Positions 11,237-22,492 of a DNA stretch of 37,741 nt are shown one piece after another. The position numbers and the translations under genes were made by a program. Each line of letters begins with the position of its first letter. The first letter of the stretch is position 1. The stretch is from Malacoraja senta (taxonomy: Eukaryota): NCBI GenBank assembly GCA_038087875.1, contig JAXLNO010000133.1:1-37741 (forward strand), given 5' to 3'. The notes below the pieces were generated by a model. It searched no databases. It was not told the DNA's origin and was given only the letters and a program-made list of their open reading frames with translations.

Positions 11237-11430
11237 GCCGGCTGCATCTCCCCGCCTCTAGCCGCCTGCAGATCTCTTTGAAATCGGCTGCTCCCGGAGG
11301 ACTAGCGCACACTGCCTGAGACAGACACTCTCTCCCCTCTGGTACAGCCATGGAACACAAATAATGCAGCGACGCGCCACCGAGAGAGGCAGTCCCTCAT
11401 CCGGCGCGTTCCCGGCTGGTCACCTCCTTG
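11237..11430 (-). promoter_or_regulatory. CpG-rich putative 5' UTR/proximal promoter of the Hh gene
   Basis: Unique GC/CpG-rich sequence directly upstream of the coding exon, with out-of-frame ATGs at 11247 and 11351. TSS not determinable. Confidence 0.5.
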
Positions 11431-12325
11431 TGTCAGACACTCTCACTCACACACACACACACGCTCTGTCACATACACACACACTCACACTTACACACTG
11501 ACAGACTCACACACACACTCTCTGTCACATACACACACACTCACACTTACACACTGACAGACTCACACACTCTCACTCACACACACACTCTCTGTCACAT
11601 ACACACACACTCACACTTACACACTGACAGACTCACACACACACTCACACTTACACACTGACAGACTCACACACTCTCACTCACACACACACTCTCTGTC
11701 ACATACACACACACTCACACTTACTCACTGACAGACTCACACACTCACACAAACACACTCACACACAGACTCAAACACACACACACACTCTCTGTCACAT
11801 ACACACACACTCACACTTACACACTGACAGACTCACACACTCTCACTCACACACACACTCTCTGTCACACTCACACTTACACACTGACAGACTCACACAC
11901 TCACACAAACACACTCACACACACACGCAAACACAGATACATACACACACAAACTCACTCTTACACACAGACAGACTCACATAGACACACACACTCACAC
12001 ACACTTACATACAGACAGACACAAACACACACACACACTCTCACACACAGGCAGACTCAAACACACTCACACACACACACACAGACAGATACACACAGAC
12101 ACACATATACATACACACACAAACTCACTCTTACACACAGACAGACTCACACAGACACACACTCACACACACAGACAGACTCAAACACACACTCAGATAC
12201 ACACAGACACACACAAACACATATACATACACACGCAGACTCACACAGACACGTATATTCACACTCACACACACTCACACACAGTCACTCACACAGACAG
12301 ACTCACACACACACACACACAGAAA
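11431..12325 (+). repeat. CA-rich compound satellite with a recurring ~55-70 bp unit
   Basis: CTCTGTCACATACACACACACTCACACTTACACACTGACAGACTCACAC recurs about five times within CA-rich sequence. Confidence 0.93.
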
Positions 12326-12828
12326 CCACAAACACAAATGTCACCCCTCTAAAATGATCAACAATGCCGCTAACAAACCCCTCAACCCGCACTGTTCACT
12401 CAACGAGAATCCGTTTTTTAAATTGTCCTGGGACTGGGAATCGACACTGCCTGGTCTTCTCCCTGAGTTATAGGTGACTGATAAACAAATAACCGGTATC
12501 TTTAAACCGAGTGAATCCATTTTTTAAAAACAAATTGTGAGAGTCGCTACTAATCGGGGGTCTGGACAATCCAGTGTTTTGTGTGGAACTGTTTTGGGAC
12601 AGATTGCACGACTTTGGCCCGTGTGTAAACAGTCCAAAAGTCATTGTGAAGGACACGGATACATCTGACAAACTCTTTGCATTGATATGTACAAATGGCC
12701 AAAACCTGCAACCCTGTACATTAGCAACCTTGCTTCATTATTATTGAAACATGTTTACCAAAACATGTCTGGGCGCATGAGGGCTTTTCAAAAATATTTA
12801 TTGAAAATCCTTAATTTTATTCCATTAT

Positions 12829-12966
12829 CAGTCTGAAGAAGGGGTCTCGACCCGAAACGTCGCCCATTCCTTCTCTCCAGAGACGCTGCCTGTCCCGCTG
12901 AGTTACTCCAGCACTTTGTGTCTACATTGGGTGTAAACCAGCACCTGCAGTTCCTTCCCCACACAC
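12829..12966 (+). mobile_element. Solo PLE-end repeat with hammerhead-like core
   Basis: CAGTCTGAAGAAGGGGTCTCGACCCGAAACGTC...GCAGTTCCTTCCCACAC. Confidence 0.8.
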
Positions 12967-13499
12967 AGTCGATTCTAACATTGTGGATTTGGATCTGCCT
13001 GAATTCATGTCTGCCTAGTCTCCCCGGATCTAATCTAAACTCGGGAAGCTTTTCTCATTGAACGCGGCCTGCACTTGCCCATGCTTGAAGTTCATAACAC
13101 TTTGATAATTGCGTCGGTTTCTATGGATTATATTTTATTGTTCGGGGATCTGAAAACGCCGAAGTGCTCACCGCCTAACGTCCCCGCTGAGCTGAACTTT
13201 GACGTCGATTTTAATTTTATTTTGGTATTTTATTGCTGCGTTTTTCCCCCCTGTGTCAACTTCAAACCTGTGAAACGCACTAAGATAACTAAACAGGCGT
13301 CGCACAGCACACCTGCCTCTTAAGACGACCAGGACCAAATCCGAAGCAATGGTGTGGAGAATCGTTTATTCAACCACAATTAAGGTCGACTTATAAACAA
13401 CAGTGGCAGATACAAGTCCACGGGATTAGCAGTTCCGTGTCTTGTCGTATAGCAGAAATATCCAAGTAATATTTGTCCCAGGTTAAGTAGGCTGGGACT

Positions 13500-14004
13500 C
13501 TAGACAATAGATGCAGGAGTAAATATAGCCGAGCCAGCACCGCCATTCAATGTGATCATGGCTGATCATCCCCAATCAGTACCCCGTTCCTGCCTTCTCC
13601 CCATATCCCCTGACTCCGCTATCTATAAGAGCCCTATCTAGCTCTCTCTTGAAAGTATCCAGAGAACCTGCCTCCACCGCCCTCTGAGGCAGAGAATTCC
13701 ACAGACTCACAACTCTCTGTGAGAAAAAGTGTTTCCTCGTCTCCGTTCTTTGGTTTCTCCTATTCCTTGGAGCGCAGGAGGATGAGGGGTGATCTTATAG
13801 AGGTGTACAAAATCATGAGAGGAATAGATCGGGTAGGAATAGATCAGAGTCGCTTGCCCAGAGTTGGGGAATCGAGGACCAGGGGACATAGGTTTAAGGT
13901 GAGAGGGGAAAAGATTTATAGGAATGTGAGGGGTGACTTTTTCCACACAAAGGGTGGTGGGTGTATGGAACGAGCTGCCAGAGGGGGTAGTTGAGGCTGG
14001 GACT
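13500..14004. mobile_element. Two CR1 3' fragments of different subfamilies back to back (13500-13748 minus, about 13752-14004 plus)
   Basis: RRMRGDLIEVYKIMRGIDRV...SRTRGHRFKVRG on +; CR1 3' UTR on -. Confidence 0.8.
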
Positions 14005-14319
14005 ACAGACCATAGCTCTCCCTCAGGTTAACGACAAAGACCAGGCGAATTCTCCAGGTGAGTTGACCAACATCTGGAGAAAGTCGAGTGTGTTTTATGT
14101 TCCAAAATGGAACAATGATTATGAAATAGTTACTTGCATCAGCGCGGTAGATATTTAAACAGACGTGTAGGAAGGAACTGCAGATGCTGGTTTAAACCGA
14201 AGATGGACCCAAAATGCAGCATCTCGGGAGAGAAGGAATGGGTGACGTATCGGGTCGAGAAGGGACTCGACTCGAAACGTCACCTATTTAAACACAGTAC
14301 GCGGTAGACATCAAGACAA

Positions 14320-14550
14320 GCAACAAAATGATGTTTAATATATAAACACAAACAAATATAGTACAAAGACAAAAAAAACAATATCCTCAAGTCTCTAGTG
14401 CAATCAAAGCATTGAGCAATTCAGAGGCTGTAGTGTTCAATAGCCTGATGGCTGTAGGGTGGAAACTGCTTCTGAACCTGGATGTTACAGTTTTCAGACT
14501 CCTGTCTCGCCTTCCCGATGGCAGGGGTGAAATGAGAGCGTAGGGGTCTC
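14320..14550 (-). mobile_element. Rex1/Babar-type LINE 3' fragment
   Basis: ALISPLPSGRRDRSLKTVTSRFRSSFHPTAIRLLN. Confidence 0.7.
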
Positions 14551-14561
14551 TGATTTTAGAA

Positions 14562-14895
14562 GCATAGAAACATAGACAATAGGTGCAGGAGTAGGCCATT
14601 CTGCCCTTCGAGCCTGCACCGCCATTCAATATGATCATGGCTGATCATCCAACTCAGTATCCCGTACCTGCCTTCTCTCCATACCCCCTGATCCCTTTAG
14701 CCACAAGGGCCACATCTAACTCCCTCTTAAATATAGCCAATGAACTGGCCTCAACTACTTTCTGTGGCAGAGAATTCCACAGATTCACCACTCTCTGTGT
14801 GAATTTTTTTTTCTCATCTCGGTCCTAAAAGACTTCCTTCCCCCTTATCCTTAAACGGTGACCCCTTGTTCTGGACTTCCCCAACATCGGGAATT
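14562..14895 (-). mobile_element. CR1 3' fragment
   Basis: Near-identical to 2101-2435. Confidence 0.85.
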
Positions 14896-15347
14896 TTGCT
14901 GGCTGCCTTTTTGAGGCAGAGCCTTTAGTAGATCCTTTTTGACAGTGGCAAGGGGCAACACCCGTGATGGACCGGGCAGTTGTTCACCAGTTGTTTTGCG
15001 AGCTTCTTCTTTCCTGGGCGTTCGGGTTGCTGAACAATTGCAATTCGGGTCAGCTAACACAATTGGACAGCAGGCCACGCCATTCAGTCTGAAGAAGGGT
15101 CTCGAGTCGACCACTCCTCCTCTCCAGAGATGCTGCCCGTCCCGCTGAGTTACTCCAGCATTGTTGTGTGTCTATCCACGCCATTCAGGGTGGCTTGTTG
15201 TGTGAATGGCCATCACACTTCCCTTCCTAACAGTCGGGAAGGATCCTTGCAAAACAGAACTTGCAGCATTTGGTTTCATTTTAACGCTGCTCACTGGTTT
15301 AACAAAGATCGCACAGCAAAGTACTTTGGAATAACGTGAATGCTACC

Positions 15348-15672
15348 AAGTTTACGAGAGATACAGCGCGGAAACAGGCCCTTCGGCCCACCGGGTCCGC
15401 GCCGACCAGCGACCCCCGCACACTAACACTACCCCCCCCCCCCACCACACACACACACACACACACTGGGGGAAAGTTGCATTTACACCAAGCCAATTAA
15501 CCGACAAACCTGCACGTCTTTTGGAGCGTGGGAGGAAACCGAAGATCCCGGAGAAAACCCACGCAGATCACGGGGAGAGCGTGCAAACTCCGTACAGACA
15601 GCACCCGTGGTCGGGATCGAACCCGGGTCTCTGGCGCTGCGAGCGCTGTAACGGCAACTCACGCTGCGCCCT
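15348..15672 (-). mobile_element. V-SINE
   Basis: B box, V-domain and GGGCCGAAGGGCCTGTTTCC tail. Confidence 0.8.
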
Positions 15673-16269
15673 GTGCCTCACTCACTGTGTAATATTAATT
15701 TATTTATCTCACAAGGTTTTTTATACACAATGCGCGCTGCCGGGGATGGTGGTTGAGAGATATAATAGTGGCTTTTGCGACACTTTTGGATAGGCAGAGA
15801 GATAATGCAGGGAATGGAGGGATAGGCAGATAAGGGTTTGATTTTGGCATGTTTGGCACAGACATTGTGGGCTGAAGGGCCTGTTCCTGTGCGAAACTGG
15901 TCCATGTTCTAACTAGACTATTTCCAATGTAAAGGTGCCATGCACAGTGTATATTTGTAACCAGCTCCTGTACATCTATGCTTGCCCACAACACTATCTA
16001 TTTGTTAGACATCATCTGCATCTTTTTCAACCTTGTCCTCGTTTTTTTTTTAAACTTAAATCTATGTCTATGTAAAAGTCTACAGTGTTGTGACAATCCC
16101 TTTCATCAAAACGTTATACATTGAGCTAAAAGCCACTTTTACAACAAGGCCTCTTTATTGAGAGTCACATCCAATACTGAACCCAGATAAATAGCCTAGA
16201 GGGGATTCACATCCAGTTTGGCTGCCTTCATTATTTACTTGTAAAGATTAGTATTGAAGCAGACAAAAT

Positions 16270-16750
16270 GAGTAGGAAGGAACTGCAGATGCTGGTTTAT
16301 ACCAACGACACACAGAGTGCTGGAGTAACTGGCAGCATCTCCGAATTTCAAGTGGCATTTCAAGTCTGAACCATTCTTCAGACCCTTCTTCAGAGAAAGG
16401 TCGCGATCCGAAACGTCACCTATCCTTTTTCTCCAGAGATGCTGCCTGGCCCGCTGTTACTCCAGCACTCTGTGAAACGTCACCTATCCATGTTCTCCAC
16501 AGATGCTGCCTGACCCGCTGAGTTACTCCAGCACTCTGGGAAACGTCACCTATCCATGTTCTCCACAGATGCTGCCTGACCCGCTGAGTTACTCCAGCAC
16601 TCTGTGAAACGTCACCGATCCATGTTCTCCACAGATGCTGCCTGACCCGCTGAGTTACTCCAGCACTCTGTGAAACGTCACCTATCCATGTTCTCCACAG
16701 ATGCTGCCTGACCCGCTGAGTTACTCCAGCACTCTGTGTCTATCTTTGGT
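16270..16750. repeat. Fold-back PLE end followed by five tandem ~66-bp units
   Basis: GAAACGTCACC starts at 16410, 16474, 16540, 16606 and 16672. Confidence 0.88.
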
Positions 16751-16856
16751 ATTGGAGCATATGGAAGACCTCCATGACTGTGTAGACACTGGCGTTACTC
16801 ACTCGATCTTAACAATTTAATTTAAATCCACAGAAAAGTGTTGACATTTATCAAAA

Positions 16857-17155
16857 ACACACCTCCAGATTCAGGGACAGTTTCTTCCCAGCTGTTATCA
16901 GGCAACTGAACCATCCTACCACAACCAGAGAGCAGTGCTGAACTACTATCCACCTCATCGGGGGCCCTTGGACTATCTTTGATTAGACTTTACTGGCTTT
17001 ACCTTGCACTAAACGTTATTCTCTTATCCTGTAGAGTATCTATACACTGTGGATGGCTTGATTGTAATTATGTATTGTCTTTCCGCTGACTGGTTAGCAC
17101 ACAACAAAAGCTTTTCACTGTACCTCAGTACACGTGACAATAAACTCAACTGAAA
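16857..17155 (+). mobile_element. Rex1/Babar-type LINE 3' end
   Basis: TSRFRDSFFPAVIRQLN, then a UTR ending CACGTGACAATAAACT; related tails at about 275-385, 30024-30098 and 32745-32828 (minus). Confidence 0.7.
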
Positions 17156-17190
17156 TACAGACTGGAGTTAGTACTGAAGTTGTTTCCCTA

Positions 17191-17552
17191 GGTGTAGGAA
17201 AGAACTGCAGATGCTGGTTTAAATCGAAGGTAGACACAAAATGCTGGAATAACTCAGCGGGACAGGCAGCATCTCTGGAGAGAAGGAATGAGTGACGTTT
17301 CGGGTTGAGACCTTTCTCTGAAGAAGGGTCTGAAGAATGGTTCCGACTTGAAATGCCACCCCAATTTTTCCTCCAGTGAGGCTGCCTGACCCGCTGAGTT
17401 ACTCCAGCACTTTGTGTCTATGGTATAAACCAGCATCTGCAGTTCCTTCGTCAAACAGAGTCTGAAGAAGGGTCTCGACCTGAAACGTTACCCATTCCTT
17501 CTCTCCAGAGATGCTGCCTGTCCCGCTGAGTTACTCCAGCATTTTGTGTCTG
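17191..17552. mobile_element. Fold-back PLE-end repeat plus an adjacent solo copy
   Basis: Inverted arms about 17191-17310 and 17330-17450; intact core at 17462. Confidence 0.75.
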
Positions 17553-17726
17553 CCCTACTTATAATCAACTCTGGACATCTGTTTTTAAAGATAGTTCCAG
17601 TGTTAGCAAAGGCTGGCGTATGGAAACTTTCACTACTGGTCAGAACATTCACAATTATTGATATAATGATGATTTTACTGAATATCCATAAAGAGTTTTT
17701 CTGATTCCAAAATAGCCCATCACCAA

Positions 17727-17940
17727 AAATGGCAGTGGAAGCCAAGTCACTGGATGGATTTAAGAGAGAGTTAGATGGAGCTCTAGGGGCTGGTGGAGTC
17801 AAGGGATACGGGGAGAAGGCAGGCACGGGGCAGGCATTGATTGGGGACAATCAGCCATGACCACAATGAATGGCGGTGCTGGCTTGAAGGGCCGAATGGC
17901 CTCCTCCTGCACCTATTTTCTATGTTTCTATGTTTCTAAG
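17727..17940 (+). mobile_element. CR1 3' end
   Basis: AVEAKSLDGFKRELD, then the CR1 3' UTR with (CTATGTTT)n tail. Confidence 0.8.
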
Positions 17941-18174
17941 GTAAGTTTTCCCTCTCAGTGGCAGTACCTGTCAGTGACATTTGTATGGATTAGAGGGATA
18001 TGGGGCAGGTGGGACTAGCATAGATGTGGCATCTTGGTCAGCATGGACAGGTTGGGCCGAAGGGCCTCTTTCTGTGCTGTATGACTATAACTCACGTTAG
18101 AGAATCATTTATTTTACCCCACCTCATACACATAGTTATATTTGGTACATGAACTTAACTTATGTACGTTGTAG

Positions 18175-18415
18175 TCTTAGAAGGGTCCCGACCCCTGTAG
18201 CATCACCTACCCATGTTCTCCAGAGATGCTGCCGTACCCTCTGAGATATTACAGCACGTTGTGTCCTTTTTGTGTCAACTCGCATCTGCAGTTCCTTGTT
18301 TCTGTATTGTGTGTGTTCGTCTGAAGAAGGGTCTCGACCCGAAACGTTGCCTGCCCATGTTCTCCAGAGATGCTTCCTGACCTGCTGAGTTACTGCAGCA
18401 CTCTGTGTCCTTTGG
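18175..18415 (+). mobile_element. Two tandem PLE-end repeats
   Basis: Degenerate copy at about 18175, intact core at 18321-18348. Confidence 0.7.
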
Positions 18416-18683
18416 TGTGTTGGGTGATCCTTTAGACTTTGAGGCAGAGCCTTGAATTTCCTTGCCCCAAATTCACATCCACCAGGAGTCACTATACAAC
18501 AATAAGAAGAGGGGGAAAATTTAATGGATTAGAAAAAAAACTCTCCCCTGTTCTTAAGTCAAATCCAGTCGAAAGAGCTGTTTCTTGTAGCGGCATAGTG
18601 TTCGTGAGCGGGGATCGCTGGTCGGCGTGGACGCGGTGGGCCGAAGGGCCCGGTTTCCGCGCTGTATCTCTAAACTAAACTAA

Positions 18684-18935
18684 ACTGCAGATGCTGCTTC
18701 ATGCCAATGATGGGCACAAAATGCTGGAGTAACTGAGCGGGTCATGCAGCATTTCTGGAGAAAAAGGATAGGTGATGTTTCGGGTCGAGACCCTTGAGCT
18801 CAGTTTGAAGAAGGGTCTCGACCCGAAACGTCACCCATTCCTTCTCTCCAGAGATGCTGCCTGTCCCGCTGAGTGACTCCAGCTTTTTGTGTCTATCTTC
18901 GGTGTAAACCAGCATCTGCAGTTCCTTCCTACACA
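18684..18935. mobile_element. Fold-back PLE-end repeat
   Basis: GTTTCGGGTCGAGACCCTT ... AAGGGTCTCGACCCGAAAC at the centre. Confidence 0.75.
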
Positions 18936-19509
18936 TGGAACCTCAGTCCCAGATGTTTTTCATTCTTTTAGACCAGAGCCTAAACTCTACATTTATCCAC
19001 AGCCATCGCTGAAAATTCTAGATGGAGATTCTTATGACAAATGGGGAATATTTAACTTCATTTTTTTTTTTTTATAGTAATTTATGAGCAAAAACCACAT
19101 TACTAGCAGTTTTATGGAGTCAATATATTTTGACGATAAACTTAAAGTAGTTGCTGCAATGTTTAGAAAGCTTACGTAGACAATTTAAATCATCGTGAAG
19201 CTGCCTAATAAATGCAGGCCACTGGATTTGTATGGATTGGTATGAAATACAATACTTTTAATATATAGAAGTGTTTACACTGATGTCTGCAGCGCAAGTA
19301 ATGCATTACACTGCTTTATGCTGCAGAGCTTCAAAATTCTATTTGTTTAGTCTTTACAAGAAGATTGAATGCATTAAAGGAACAATGTAGGAAATAAGTG
19401 AAAGGCACTTATTAAATATTAAACTATGATAGATGAAGATTTTGGTTAATCGGGGGAACTGATTTTTCTCCCTCCCCCCCCCCAAAGAACATGAGACACA
19501 CCACTGAGA

Positions 19510-19915
19510 TCCTCCACTGTCAGAGTGAGGCCCAGCGCAAATTGGAGGAACAGCACCTCATGTTCCGCTTGGGCAGCTTCCAACCCAACGGTATGAACAT
19601 TGATTTCTCTAACTTCAAGTAACCCTTGCTTTCCCCCCCCCCCCACCCCAGTTCTGCGACTAGTTCCACTGTCCTCCTGATTAAATTATACCGACTGTAC
19701 ACCTCGTTGTCACCTTCCCCTCAGCCAACAATTAACCATCCTACATTTTCCTTGACCATTGTCCCCTTTGATCTGTCATTTTCACACCTCACCCTTCCTT
19801 ATCTCTAGACTCCCTCTCCCCTGGCTCTCAGTCTGAAGAAGGGTCTCGACCCCCGAAACGTCACCCATTCCTTCTCTCCAGAGATGCTGCCTGAGTTACT
19901 CCAGCGTTTTGCGTC
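19510..19915 (+). mobile_element. Penelope-like element 3' fragment (GIY-YIG endonuclease C-terminus, UTR, hammerhead-bearing end)
   Basis: 19512-19622 translates LHCQSEAQRKLEEQHLMFRLGSFQPNGMNIDFSNFK*, resembling the Penelope GIY-YIG C-terminal helix and P-x-G-x-N motif; followed by the abundant CTGAAGAAGGGTCTCGACCC repeat. Confidence 0.82.
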
Positions 19916-20002
19916 TGTCAAAGAGTGATTTCCTTTGCTTCAGTGCATCGATTAGACACACAGCATCCAGACCGGCTCTGCAGTGAAGGAAATGGGATGA
20001 AT

Positions 20003-20322
20003 ACACAGCGGTACAGCAGTTACACCTGCTGCCTCACAGCGCCAGAGACCTGGGTTCGATCCAGACCTCAGGTGCTGTCTGTCTCTGTGGAGTTTCTACG
20101 TTCTTCCTGTGACCGCATGCGTTTCCACCGGCTGCTCCAGTTTCCTCCCGCATCAAACAGACGTGCGGTTTGTAGGTAAATAGATCCTCTGTAAATTGCC
20201 CCTAGTGTGCCCCAAGGGAGTGGGATAACATAGAACTAGTGTGAACCGGTGATCGATGGTTAGGGTGGACTCTGTGGGCCGAAGGGCCTGTTTCCGTGCT
20301 GTATCCCTACAACTAATCTAAA
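20003..20322 (+). mobile_element. Diverged V-SINE
   Basis: GGTTCGATCC B box, V-domain, shared tail. Confidence 0.72.
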
Positions 20323-20424
20323 ATGCTGCTCCAAATGGCTTCTACATCTGTGCAGGAAGATTAGCAGGTTTTTTTCCCCAATATTACTATCACAAGCTAT
20401 CACTACTATAGCTACTGCCTACTA

Positions 20425-20693
20425 GCGGCAGGGGCCCGGGTTCGATCCTGACTACGGGTGCTGTCTGTACGGAGTTTGTACGTTCTCCCCGTGACCTGCG
20501 TGGGTTTTCTCCGGGTGCTCCGGTTCCCTCCCACACTCCAAAGACGTGCAGGCTTGTAGGTTAATTGGCTTCGGAAAAATTGTCCCTAGTGTGTGTCGGA
20601 TAGTGCTAGTGTGCGGGGATCGCTGGTTGGCCCGGACTCAGTGGGCCGAAGGGACTGTTTCCATGCTGTATCTCTGCACTAAACTAAACTAAA
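20425..20693 (+). mobile_element. V-SINE
   Basis: B box, V-domain, (CTAAA)n tail. Confidence 0.8.
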
Positions 20694-20859
20694 CCTCTCC
20701 CAGCGGTCCTTTCCCAGGTCAACCACCCCCCCCCCCCCACACTCTCCCACCCCACCAGCATTGTGTCTCTGACCATGCCGAGCAAACTCCTATGGGCAAC
20801 CAACATCAACCACAAACTTGACACCTGACTCCACTCCTCGCTCTGTCACCAACAAGTGA

Positions 20860-21490
20860 CCTCCAGGAGGAGGGAGGATGAAAAATAGCTTTGAAAATAT
20901 TCTCAAAGTCTGCTTGAACAAAAATTGTAACGTCTTTACCCACTGGTTTAGTTTAGTTTAGAGATACAGCGCAGAAACAGGCCCTTCGGCCCACCGAGTC
21001 CATGCCGACCCACGATCCCTGCACACCAACACTATCCTACACTCACACACACACTAGGGACAACTTAGAATTTTTACCAAGCCAATTAGCCTACAAACCT
21101 GTACGTCTTTGGAGTGTGGGAGGAAACCGGAGCACCCGGAGAAAACCCACGCGGGTCACGGGGAGAACGTGCAAACTCCGTACAGACAGCGCCCGTAAGT
21201 CAGGATGGAACCCGGGTCTCTGGCGCTGTGAGGCAGCAGCTCCACCCGCTGCGCCACCGTGCCGTCCCACGGTGAACCCTCGGCTCATGACAGGTCAAAA
21301 TGGAGAGCCAACATTCAGGATGGCTCCAAGATCCTTGGCCCTCTACTGTCAAAGGTCACGGTGTACACATGCCCATCCACCCACATCAAACAACACGTGG
21401 CAACACGATAGCTCCTCAGCTATCCCAGGACCAGAATGGAAGCAAATCATCCTCTACTCTCATGGACTGCCTGAGAAGAAGAGGAGACAC
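20860..21490 (+). mobile_element. Old RTE-clade LINE 3' remnant split by the V-SINE
   Basis: Degenerate GGRMKNSFENILKVCL and SAHDRSKWRANIQDG motifs, ending in a GAAGAA-type tail. Confidence 0.45.
20945..21266 (-). mobile_element. Near full-length V-SINE
   Basis: Head GGCACGGTGGCGCAGCGG through (CTAAA)n tail. Confidence 0.85.
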
Positions 21491-21555
21491 AGGCCAAGTA
21501 TAAGATGAGGGTCAAACTGCGAGACTCCCGCAAAGAGCCCGCTCATCATGAAGTT

Positions 21556-21950
21556 CTCATATTTCGCTTGGGCAGCTTACAACCCAGCTGTATGATTGTT
21601 GATATCTCTAACTTCAACTAACTCTTGCATCCCCCCTCTCTCCATCCCTCCCAACCCAAGTCGTACCAGCTTCAAAGTCTTCTTGTTGAGTCTCGTTGTC
21701 TGTAACTGGTTTTCACCTAGCACACAGCTAACAATGGCCTGTTTCCTTTATCACCGTTAATTTTTTGCATATCTTTAATTAATTTGTTCTCTATCTCTCT
21801 ATATCACGGTCTGTATCTCTCGTTTCCCTTTCCCCTGACTCTGAAGAAGGGTCTCGACCCGAAACGTCACCTATTCCTTCTCTCCAGAGATCCTGTCTGT
21901 CCTGCCAAGTTACCCCAGCTTTTTGTGTCTATCTTCTGTTTAAACCAGCA
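21556..21950 (+). mobile_element. Penelope-like element 3' fragment with 13-bp flanking direct repeat
   Basis: 21556-21621 translates LIFRLGSLQPSCMIVDISNFN*; CATGAAGTTCTCA at 21547-21559 and 21949-21961. Confidence 0.82.
21841..21868 (+). ncRNA. Minimal type I hammerhead ribozyme-like core (PLE-associated)
   Basis: CUGAAGA-A-GGGUCUCGACCC-GAAAC-GUC: conserved core boxes, helix II hairpin, palindromic ACGU helix III and GUC triplet. Helix I is weak. Confidence 0.65.
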
Positions 21951-22169
21951 TGAAGTTCTCAAGTTCACCACTGGCGTTCTCCTGCCCTCTCCAACATGAG
22001 ACCTCTCTCACTGCTCCCCCTGTCATTCCTGCTGCCAGTGAGAAGAAGGGTCCCAACCCGAAACGTCACCCATCCCTTCTATCCAGAGATGCTGCCTGTC
22101 CCGCTGAGTTACTCCAGCATTTTGTGTCAGTGTTCAATGAAAAAAACAGCACCTGCAGTTCCTTCCTAC

Positions 22170-22492
22170 ATTGTGTACAGTTTTGGTCCCCTAATTTGAG
22201 GAAGGGGCCACAGTTTAAGAATAAGGAGTAAGCCATTTAGAACGGAGATGAGGAAACACATTTTCTCACAGAGAGTTGTGAGCCTGTGGAATTCTCCGCC
22301 TCAGAGGGCGGTGGAGGCAGGTTCTCTGGATGCTTTCAAGAGAGAGCTAGATAGGGCTCTTAAAAATAGTGGAGTCAGGGGATATGGGGAGAAGGCAGGA
22401 ACGGGGTACTGATTGGGGATGATCAGCCATGATCACATTGAATGCCTCGAAGGGCCGAATGGCCTACTCCTGCACCTATTGTCTATTGTCTA
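22170..22492 (+). mobile_element. CR1 3' fragment with internal deletion
   Basis: CVQFWSPNLRK joined directly to the GHSLRIRSKPFRTE region; compare 33455-33990. Confidence 0.82.

Noticed and set aside
21190..21266. tRNA gene
   Set aside because: A/B-box head continues into the V-SINE body and tail; it is a SINE head.
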